Both the position numbers and the translations under genes were made by a program. A DNA stretch of 64,000 bases, taken from Callorhinchus milii (Eukaryota). A model generated the notes under the pieces. It was not told where the DNA came from. It ran no database searches and worked only from the letters and a program-made list of their open reading frames with translations. The DNA lies in contig NW_024704743.1 of NCBI RefSeq assembly GCF_018977255.1, forward strand, positions 85,810,001-85,874,000, read 5' to 3'. Shown here piece by piece: positions 50,698-60,554 of this stretch; position 1 is the first letter of the stretch; each line of letters begins with the position of its first letter.

Positions 50698-50925
50698 CAA
50701 CAACAACAACAACAAGATTCCATTTATAGAGCGCCTTTCACGTCAGGAGGACATCCCAAGGCGCTGCACAGTTGGGTCATGACCCGAGCAGGGGGGAAAT
50801 GGTCAGGGTGAGGGGAGGGAAGGGAGGGAGAGAGGAGGGGGGAAATGGTCAGGGTGAGGGGAGGGAAGGGAGGGAGCGAGGAGGGGGAAGAGAGTCGAGA
50901 GGGGAGCTGAAGGCTCGGTCAAAGA
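50698..50925 (-). mobile_element. Young L2 3' end with 46-bp internal tandem repeat
   Basis: (CAA)n tail; the unit ggaaatggtcagggtgaggggaggg... starts at 50795 and again at 50841. Confidence 0.9.
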
Positions 50926-51184
50926 GAATAGCATAACATAGCATAATAGCAATAGCATAAGAGTATAACATATGCATTGGCAGTATAGCACTCCATACTG
51001 TTTGAAAGCACAATCCAATCTGATTTTCAGACACAAGACAAGTCACCAAAGGATGTCAACTTGATTGAGTTAGCAGCACTCTTGTCTCTGGGTCTGACAA
51101 TTGTGAGTTCAAGTCTCATCTCAGGACTTGAATTCAGAGCCCAGGCTAACACTCCAGTACAGTACTGGGGAGTGATGCAATGCC

Positions 51185-52085
51185 AACAACAACTTGCATT
51201 TATATAGTACACTTCACGGAGGGTAGCGTCCCGGAGCACTTGACAGTGGCAGAGTTTGACAGTGAGCCGGGGGAGAGGGAGTGTGGGTGGTGACGGTAAG
51301 CATGATCCAAAAGGAAGGTCTTTAGGTGGGATTTGAAAGTGGGAGGGAGGAGGGATTAGAGGCGGTAGAGGAGGATGGCATGATCGACTTTGTCTAACAC
51401 GGCGGAGAGGTACTGGGGAACGAAGAGGCAGAGGGAGCCTTGGTCACAGAGAGAGAGGACGTCATTTGTTATTTTGACAAGTGTTGCCTCTGTACTGTGG
51501 GCAGGGCAAAAGCCGGACTGGGGGGGTTCAAGTAGGGAGTAGAGGGAGAGGTGTGAGTGAAACTGATTTGCAATGACGTGTTTCAAAACTTTGGCCAGAA
51601 AGGGCAGGTTTGAGATGGTCTGAAGTTTGTGAGGTTGGAGGGATCGAGGATAGGTTATTTAAGGAGAGGAGTGATTACAGAAGGGGAGTGGGACAGTCTG
51701 AGAAGAGGAACTGGTTGATTGTGTCATCAGCAGTGGGCAGAGGAGGGGAAGTTGAGTGACAAGAAGCTGGGTGGGAGGGGTGTCGAGGCAGCGGGTTGTG
51801 GACTTTATCTAGGTGATGGTGGGGGAAAGGGAGGAGGGAGAGATGGGGGCAAAGGACTGTAGGGTGGGGGCCATGGTAGGAGCTGTGTAGAAGGAGAGGG
51901 TGATGAAAAAGGCATGAGGGGGTAGGGAAGAGGGGTAGGCAGCCAGGCGGATGTTATCTATCTTAGAGGTCCAGAACCTCTTCGCACTTGGCATCTGAAG
52001 TGAGGATTGAGGGTGCTTGAGAGGGGGTGGGGAGGAGGTGCTGGGTAGTGGAGAACAGGATTTGAGGATCGTTTTTGGCCTTGAG
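51185..52085 (-). mobile_element. L2 LINE (RT N-terminal part joined to a 3' end)
   Basis: Minus ORFs QSGFCPAHSTEATLVKITNDVL..DKVDHAILL and FWTSKIDNIR; tail at 51185. Confidence 0.88.
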
Positions 52086-52761
52086 AATAACCTGTGAGTA
52101 ATGCCATCCTTTGGGTGCCATCGGAGGTGCCATCCTTTGGGTAACAGATCAAACCAAGGTGTCATCTGCTTGTTCAGATGAAGGTTAAAGATTTTATTAT
52201 TTTCACTATGAAAACACTATTTTAAAAAAGGGCAAGAAGTTCATGTGTCGTCCTCACCATATTTATCTCATCACTGTTTATCGAACATAACTGACAAAGG
52301 TTAGGTGCTACGTTTTCCTACATAACAACTGTAATTCATATGTAGAACAGTCTGAAATGTTCTAAACAATATTTCAAATAAGATATATGCAGTGCAATGT
52401 TGCAAAGTCACTTCACAGCTGGCTCAAGTCAATCGAAACACACAAAACATGAAATAAATAATAATCCTTGTATTTGACATAGCACATTTCATGTCGGAAG
52501 GACATCTCAAAGCACTTAACAGAATACAGTGTAAAGTCATATAACTGTATTTTGTAAGTGTACGGGGCAGCCAAGCTGCTCATAGCAATGCCCCCAAACA
52601 GCCATGAAGTGAATAACCAATCTCTGTGCTCAGTGCAAGGTCTTCTCTAAGACAGGGAAATTATTTTTTTGCTGATCTTTACTTTAAATATGGCTTGTGA
52701 ATTTTCTAGTTAAAAGCTTTCAACCTGGAGTGATCAGCTGGTAATAATAATAATCCTTACA

Positions 52762-52987
52762 AAATGCAAAATAATGCAGATGCTGGAAATCTGAAAGAAA
52801 AACAGAAGTCGCTGGGAACACTCAACAGGTCAGGCAGCATCTATGGAGAAAGGAAAGTGAGTCAATGTTTCGGGTGCATGACCCGTTCTGACGAAGGATC
52901 ATGGACCGGAAACGTTGACTCACTTTCCTTTCTCCGAAGATGCTGCCTGACCTGCTGAGTGTTCCCAGTGGCTTCTGTTTTTGCTTC
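52762..52987. mobile_element. Palindromic Penelope-like (pLTR-derived) insertion with 14-15 bp TSD
   Basis: Inverted arms of ~93 bp with ~11 mismatches by eye. Flanked by ataataatccttaca at 52747-52761 and 52988-53002. Confidence 0.75.
52885..52919 (+). ncRNA. Minimal type I hammerhead-ribozyme-like motif
   Basis: gtt CTGACGA a gg(a)tc atg gacc g GAAAC GTT gac: conserved CUGANGA and GAAA boxes, short helix II, ACGT palindrome in place of helix III. Confidence 0.5.
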
Positions 52988-53320
52988 ATAATAATCCTTA
53001 CATTTGATATTGTACATCTTACGCATCCGGAAGATAACTCAAAGCGCTTCAAAGGCTATACTGTAAAGTGGAGTGGCTATGTGTTTGTGGGGAATGCAGC
53101 AGCCAATGTGCACGCAGAAATAACCAGGAAGTGAACGATCAATTTTATTTGGGGGATTGTTGTTCAGAAACTGGGAGAAACCTTTCTTCTTTTTCTGAAT
53201 TGTGTCATGGGATCTTAAACATCCACTTGAAGAGGCAGACAGGATGCTGGTTTAGTGTCTCATCAGATGGATGTCACCTCCAACAATGCAGCACACCTTA
53301 TCATTGTATTGGAGTATAAA
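52988..53320 (-). mobile_element. Old SINE whose tail is the target of the palindromic insertion
   Basis: ataatccttacatttgatat...caaagcgcttc...gcagccaat...catgggatcttaaacatccac. Confidence 0.75.
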
Positions 53321-53355
53321 TATTTTTGTATAGTGAATCCAGGTAATGGTGTCTA

Positions 53356-53830
53356 CATAGAATTATATAAAATATTACAGCATGGAAACAGGCCATTCAG
53401 CTGAACTAGCTTGTTCCACTGTACTCCACACGAGTCTCAACACTTCCTAATCCCCTCTCCTATATCCCACTATTCACTTCTGGTCTATTTACCAACAATT
53501 AGTACGTTAAGTTAAGCCATTCAACTGATTGGAAATTAATCATACAAATGAATCGGTTTAACAACCACAAAATACCCTTGATTTTCATTTGGTCACTTTA
53601 TCTCAAAAGTGCCCTTTGCAGCTTTAAACATGTGCCCTCTTATTCTGCTGTCTTGGTGTATCTTAAAGTATTGTTCTGAGTTTGCCTTTTCAACCCCATT
53701 CAAGATTTTGTACATCTCTATAAGATTCTTCTGGATATATCTCCAAGTCTGAAATATCACTCTGTGTAAGAGTCCTCACAGGTCTAATCATTGTTCATAA
53801 CTCATTCCTCTAACAATGAAGATCATCCTC
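53356..53830 (-). mobile_element. Degenerate CR1 3' end
   Basis: catagaa..acagcatggaaacaggccattc tail; tttaaacatgtgccctcttattct (reverse TRGH-like); attttgtacatctctataag. Confidence 0.65.
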
Positions 53831-54339
53831 ATCAGAGAGACAGAAGGGCTGGCATGGTGTGGTATTACTTGATGGAACTATTTTTTTAGGTAACACTGTT
53901 TTCAGTTGGTACTTTTGCAGGATGTCCAATTATCTGCATTATTTGCTAATCACTATTACGGGTTACCTTTCTCTTTGCTTTGAAGCAAAATCTCCAACTA
54001 GTGCTGTTGATTACTGGCAGGCTTGTGTTATGGATTCATGCCCAGTTTTAATTACCAGTTTCTGGCTCAGACCCAAGTTCTTTTTCCCCAGACTTACATT
54101 CAGACATCAATATTTGAACTTTTAACCCACTTACTACCTATTCCCCGAACAGAAAATGTAGCTGAATACTAATAAGCGTGCACTTAATTTACCAGCAAGT
54201 GTTCTCCTTGAATCAGGAAATGTGAACAACAGGAATGAATGGAAATGGGCTTTTAACTCACTTACTACCCAAATGAAGTAAGTGCAAAAGAATTCCATGC
54301 TTGCTATATTCAGCACCAAAATAAATGACTTCTTATGTT

Positions 54340-54755
54340 TGACACAACACCTATGAAATATCTCAAACTGTTTCACAGATAACTTGCTGTAAAATTAATT
54401 GACTGTTATTTGTAGGCAAACGCAGCAGCCAATTTGTGCTCAGCAATGCCTCACAACAGCCATAATGTGAAAACAAATTCTGGGAGATTGTTGGTCAGGA
54501 CGCCAGAAGAAACTCCTTTCTCTTTGGAAGTATAAGATGCTCTTTAACCATCTCCTCACTGACAATGCAACATTAGACTGAATTACCACCCTTGTCTATT
54601 ATGTCAATGTCAACAACAACAATTTTCATTTATATAGCTCCCCTCACGCAGGGTAGCATCCCAGAGTGCTATAGCCAATCTTTTGACATTGGGCTTCAAA
54701 CCACAACCCTCTGACCAACAGGTGTGAATGCTACCAACTGAGCCAGGTTAGCAAC
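54340..54755 (-). mobile_element. Old SINE with an inserted L2 tail
   Basis: gcagccaatttgtgctcagcaatg body; head aaccacaaccctctgac..gctaccaactgagcc; L2 tail at 54610-54670. Confidence 0.7.
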
Positions 54756-55639
54756 TAAGGATGTTTCAACAGGTCACAAATGCTATCATATGTTTGTACA
54801 GAGAGTATGCATGATTTGAAAAACTCCTTTAGGTAACATTGAATTCATTTTGCCAAGGATAGCACTGTCTAACTATTATGTGAATTTCTGGATTGCATTC
54901 AATTGCATGCAAACAGCTATTACATACCTGAACACACCCATCTTGCTATGCTTTGGAACAGTTACATATTTGCAATCGAGGCCAACTAAAAGCACATGAA
55001 AAGAAGGATGAAGAACTTGCGTTGTTATCTTAAGTCAAAACATCTGAAAGAGCTTCACAGGAAATCACTGTCAACTGTATTGAGTGTGTTTGTAAGCAAA
55101 CATATGTCCCATTAACACCTGTAAAGTGAATTATGAATTAATCTGAAGGATTCTTGGCAGGACACTCAAAAAATGCCCTGTTTTTTCGAATAATTTCATG
55201 GGATGTTTAATATCCATCTCAACGAGCAGTTCCTCCTAGGGAACAGCAATTTTTTAGTAGTCTTAGTTTCTTTATTACATTTCATACCAATAACTTGGTT
55301 TCTTCATCACTTGCGCTGCATTCTGCATGACCTCCTTGAAAAATGTATTGTTAAGAAGAGGTCTGTGCTGGGAAGATAGTAGGGTGGGTATTCTGGAAAG
55401 TTGAGATCAAATGAATTGAAGAATCTTCTTAATCCAAACCAATTATCTGATCAATCTTGTGAGACTGAGAGACATGGGGCCTGGGCCTATCACCTCCAGC
55501 ATAAAGAGAGATGGTTTGTGTAAAATCCTGCACTTAGTCAAATGCTCCCACTCTTCCCCACCCAACCCTGAACAAATTCAACCTAATTCCTGCTTTGAAA
55601 ATGTCATTAGCTCTAATCCTGTGTATTAGATTAGATATT

Positions 55640-56500
55640 AGTTGAATGTCAACAAGACCGAGGCGCTCCTGCTTGGCTCCCGTCAGTGCCTCCGTACCTT
55701 GGGCGCTGACAGCATCACCCTTCATGGATGCGCTCTACACCACACGGAGCCAATACGGAACCTCAGTGTCCTGTTCAACCCTCAACTGTCCTTCATTCCC
55801 CACATCCATGTCATGACCCGCTCCACTTTTCCTCACCTCTGCAACATTGCCCGGCTCCGCCACTGTCTCTCACCACAGACCAACGAGACCCTCATCCACA
55901 CATTCATCACATCCAGGCTCGACTATGTAAACTCCATGCTTGTCGGCCTCCCCAACTCCTCCCCCCACAGGCTGCAGATCATCCAGAACTCTGCAGCTCA
56001 TGTCCTCTCCGTACCAGGCTCCATGATCCCATCACCCCCATCCTCGTCCAGCTACATTGGCTCCCCACCACTCAGAGGATAGTTCAAAATCCTGGTCCTC
56101 ACCTTCAAAACCCTACCCTGCCTTGCTTCTCCCTACTCTGCGACCTCCTAACCCCTTACCAACCTGTCCACTTAGTGGACTCCAGCCTGTCTTACGTCGC
56201 TTGCCTTGCCTACCCCACCATTGGCGGGCAGGCCTTCAGCCTCCCTGCCCCCACCCTCTGGAACTCCAACCCATAGTCCTTCCGCCTCACCTCCTCCCTT
56301 GTCTCCTTCAAGACTCGTCGCAAGACCCTCCTCTTTGAGCATGCCTTCGGTCACCCATCTAGCCCTACCCTCCCTACCCTCCCACCCTCCTGATCCCAAC
56401 CACCAGCTTGGGTGTGGATCTCTGACTGTCCAACGCCTTGGGACGTCCACCTGACATTTAAGGCGTTATACAAATGTAATTAGTGTTGTTGTTGTAGTTG
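55640..56500 (+). mobile_element. L2 LINE 3' ~860 bp
   Basis: LNVNKTEALL..RNLSVLFNPQLSF..LCNIARLR..ETLIHTFITSRLDYVNSMLVGLP..RLQIIQNSAA; ITPILVQLHWLP; (GTT)n tail. Confidence 0.93.
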
Positions 56501-56885
56501 TCAGGCTGGTTCAGTTTGTAGCACTCTCACCTCTGAGTCAAAAGGTTGTGGGTTGAAGCCTCATGTCAGGATTCATGTCGTCTAATATGACACTTAAACA
56601 GTGCAGCGCTGGCAGTGTGCTGCATTGTTGGAGATGCCTTCCTTTGGATGAGAACATCCCATGTCACCTTACAAAAAGAGAAGGGAGTTTCCTGGCCAAT
56701 AATTCCTCAAATAAAATCGATCATTCACTTCATGGTTATTTATGGGACATAGCTTTGCGCAAATTGGCTGTCAAGTTCAGCCATCAAACACATAGTAATA
56801 GTATGTAACAGTATATCCTGTGAAGCGCTTTGAACGTCCTCCTGACACGAAAGGTGCAATGCTAAATGTAAGGATTATCATTTTT
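56497..56885 (+). mobile_element. Old SacSINE1/Deu-type SINE
   Basis: gtagcactctcacctctgagtcaaaaggttgtgggttgaag head, body and tail. Confidence 0.8.
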
Positions 56886-57089
56886 ATTACTTTTGAATTC
56901 AGTATCCAAATGCTATCAGAAATGATCATCTCCCTCCTCCCTCTCCCAGGCTTTGTGTTCTATAAGAAGATCTTGAGTTGGATCTGGTCTCATGTAAGGG
57001 ACTTTGGCTTTACTGCAGAAATTGTGTGGAGTTCTTTCACCATGTGCAGATTTTTCCACTCTTCCGTGTATTTGTTCCTGCAGCACATT

Positions 57090-57480
57090 CCTGCGTTTGA
57101 TATAAAACCTTTCTTGTTGGGAGGCCATCTGAAAGCGTTCACAGGACTTACTACAAAACGTAGTGACTGCATTTTATCGATGCTTGTGGCAGCCAATGGC
57201 AGCCAAACTCACAGCCACAAACTGAATAATTAGTTTTATCTGGGAGATTGTTGGCCAGGATAAATTCCCTTCACTTTTTGATTAGTACCATGTGAACTTT
57301 AACCTCCACCTGAATAGTCAGAGGGGACCTCAGTTTAATGTCTCATCTGAAAGACGGCACCTCTGACAATGCAGCACTGGAGGGTCAGTATAGAATTCTA
57401 AATTCTGATGTGGGACTTGAACCCACAATCTTCTGACTCGAGATGTAAGTGCTACCAACTGAGATGTGTGTGCTGACACG
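57090..57480 (-). mobile_element. Old SacSINE1/Deu-type SINE
   Basis: cctcagtttaatgtctcatctgaaagacggcacctctgacaatgcagcac...gggacttgaacccacaatcttctgactc. Confidence 0.82.
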
Positions 57481-57699
57481 GGTGTGCTGGTTCAGTGGGT
57501 TAATGCACTATATGTTGTGATACCAAGCCACAAAGACCAAGAAAAAACTCCTTTGATTCCTGGTCTTTGCTGTTGAACTCAGTGAAGAGAAGGGTTGTTA
57601 CTTTTGACCTTTTTGATGTCACAAGAGAATAGAAATGATCCACAGGTTATAGCATTCATTGCTATTCATGGCCACCGCTGAACGTGGCTGAGGACATAC

Positions 57700-58220
57700 A
57701 ACAAAATAATGCATATCTGCATTTATATAAGGTCCGTCACATTGAGAGGATGTCCCAAAGCACCCAGCAGCATTGGCTGGCCACCTGATTAGGGTGTGGG
57801 AGCAAAGAGAAGTGAAGAGGGAAAAGATGGCCAAAAACACAATCAGAGGTAGGTCTTGAAGCAGAGCTTGAATGAGGTGAGGGAGGGAACAAGTCAGTGG
57901 GAATCCAGGATGGAGTTCCAGAGAGCGTGGCAGAAAGGCTGAGAGCCTGACCACCCACGATGGTGAGGCGGGGGAGTGCGGACAAGGAGCAGGCCGGTGT
58001 CTGCTGAGTGAAGGGAGCTCCCGGGTTGGTAGGGTTTTAAGGAGCTCACAGAAGTAACATGGGGTGAGACCATGGAGCAATTTAAAGGTGAGAACAATAA
58101 TCTTGAACTCAATCTGCTGGGGGATGCTGAACCAATGGAGCCGAGTGAGGATGCTGATGATAGGCTCACAGAGCCTGGTGCAGGAAAGCATATGGGCTGA
58201 AACTTTCTAGATCATCTGTT
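57700..58220 (-). mobile_element. L2 3' part
   Basis: Minus ORF TRLCEPIISILTRLHWFSIPQQIEFKIIVLTFKLLHGLTP. Confidence 0.88.
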
Positions 58221-58239
58221 ACTTGTGTGGGGAAGAGTT

Positions 58240-58960
58240 TCAACAACAACAACAAAATTTCATTTATAGAGTGCCTTTCATGTCGGGAGGATGTCCCAAG
58301 ATGCTTAACAGTCAGGTGTTGGGACCCAAGCATTGGGGAGGGGTGGGGTAGGGGTGAGGGAAGACAGAGAGGTGGGAGGGCGACCAAAGGCCCGAAGGCC
58401 TTGAAGGCGGCAAGGGAGGAAGCGAGGTGAAGGGACCATGGGATGGAGTTCCAGAGTGTGGGGGCAGAGAGGCTGAAAGCCCGGCCACCGATGGTAGGGC
58501 GGGTCGGGCGGGAGACATGGAGCAGGCCGGAGCCCGCTGAATGGAGGGAGCGGGCAGGTTGGTAGGGGGTCAGCAGGTCAGAGAGGTAGGAGTGGGCAAG
58601 GCCATAGATGACCTTGAAAGTGAGGACGAGTATCTTGAACTCGATCCTCTGGGGGATGGGGAGTCGGGCAAGGGTGGGAGTGATGGGGTTGCGGAGACTA
58701 GTATGTAGTCTGGCGAGCAGAGCATTGGTATAGTCAAGCCTATATGTGATAAATGCATGGATTATGGTCTCAGTGGCACAAGGGGAAAGGTAGGAGGGGA
58801 GGCGAGTAATATTTCAAAGGTGGGGGAAAGCTGATTGAGTCAGAACACAGATGTGGGCTTTAAAGGACAGTTGAAAGTCCAGCAGTTCATTGAGATTCTG
58901 CACTGGCTCCATGAGGTGGAGTATGCATCCATGCAGATGACTCTGTCAGCATCTGAGGTG
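58240..58960 (-). mobile_element. L2 3' part
   Basis: (CAA)n tail at 58240; minus PQRIEFKILVLTFKVIYGLA and IHAFITYRLDY motifs. Confidence 0.88.
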
Positions 58961-59785
58961 AGAAGGCATTGGGTAAAGACAGAATTAAAACTCAGATGTG
59001 ATACCTCTAATAATCAGAGAAGCAGACAGCAACCATTCACTATTTAGATTCACAGATGAACAGCAGTCATATTAGGTTTCGGATAGCTGCTGACATGCAC
59101 AAAACTGTACTCAGTAAGATTTGCTATTTTTAGGAGAGGAGGATAAAGGAGTAATATTTTTTTTTTAAGAAGAAACGTTAATTCAAACAGTGAAACAGTG
59201 TAATAGGTTTATTCTGTCAGGACTCACCACAGAGGAAGTCTGCAGTGTGCCCCACAGTGGAGTTCCTGTCCTGTGATGTGGTTGTACAATAATTGGTGAG
59301 TTAAATGCTGCAGGTGGGTTCAGGAATGGGGATATTGAGCAGCAGTAAATGCCAGGTAAGACAGTTATTTTATAATAACAGTGATTAAAGTTCAACTATT
59401 AGCAGAGAAGACAAGACAGTTTAAAGGCTGTGTTCATTAGATAAGTATAAGTATTTGCTACTTGATATATTATATATTTCAGGAGATAAATAGTAGTTTT
59501 AAAAATAACTACCGGAGTTTTATGTAGATTTACAAAAAGTTATATGGCATGAAAATGGGCATTTAAGTTCTTTCCTTTCTGTTGATTATACTCCAGACAA
59601 GCCTCCTCCTCCCTGTTCCCTTTCCTATAACTCTCTATTCCCTTCTCTCTATGCATCAAATTTCCTCTTAAATATATTGATGTGTTTTGGTTCGACCACA
59701 ACTTCTGGCAGTGAGTTCCACATTCTCACTGCGATCTGCATAAAGCAGTTTCTCCCACACTGGCTTTTAGATCTATTGCTAACTA

Positions 59786-60106
59786 GTGGAGTCCTGTAGC
59801 TCAGTGGTTAGAGCACTTGCTTTGCAAGTGAGAGACCTGAGTTCAATTCCAGGCAGGGCGAAACCTTGGGCAAGTTTCCTTACTCCACACGCCTAATAAT
59901 AATCCCTCCAAAAAAAAAACAATAATAAAAAAAATTGGTCATTTTCAATCTACGACTGTTTGTGGGACATTGCTGTGCGCAATTGGCTGCCGCGTTCGTC
60001 CACAAATATACAGTCAATTCACTTTACAGTGTGTTCTGTGAAGTGCTTTGGGACGTCCCGACGTGAAAAGCGCTATATCAAATGCAAGGATTATTATTAT
60101 TATTAT
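59786..60106 (+). mobile_element. Young tRNA-Ala SINE, short form, inserted in a CR1 3' fragment (59520-60220, minus)
   Basis: Full copy. The flanks rejoin as CR1-type tagatctattgctaacta|tcttatatttatt. Confidence 0.95.
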
Positions 60107-60554
60107 CTTATATTTATTCCCCTTGCTTTGGACTCACCAATAAGTGGAATTGTCTCAACTCTCGGGAGAAAAGCTTCAACCTGTCCAATCTTTCTTAATA
60201 GCTGTATCCACTCATACTAGTTAAACACTGATACTCAATAAACATTGCTCCTCTGATTGGTAAGTTACTTTTTCTTATTTGCTTGTGTTAATGTGTCACA
60301 TACTTTTGTTGACTGAGCTATTTGGCAGGCACGTAAAATTATTTAAATTACAGCATAAAACAGGCCATTTGACGCATTGAGGTTATGCTGGTGTTTCCTC
60401 CACTGGAGCTAACAGCTCTATAACCTCAATTCCCTGCTCTTTTGCCACCTTGTTTCCAAACCTCCACCAATGCCATCCTTAAGCTGGTCTCCAATAGCTC
60501 TATCAGGATCAACAACTGACCAAGATCACCATCTTTCTGTGGTACAACACATTA

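Noticed and set aside
50926..50975. (ATAGC/ATAAC)n pentamer run
   Set aside because: Ordinary degenerate microsatellite.
56950..56993. Possible 44-nt exon (polypyrimidine-cag ... gtaagg; FVFYKKILSWIWSH)
   Set aside because: Splice-like signals only; no recognisable protein and no partner exons.
59221..59360. Possible exon with gtgagt/gtaaga donors
   Set aside because: Two frames contain stops and the third gives no recognisable peptide.
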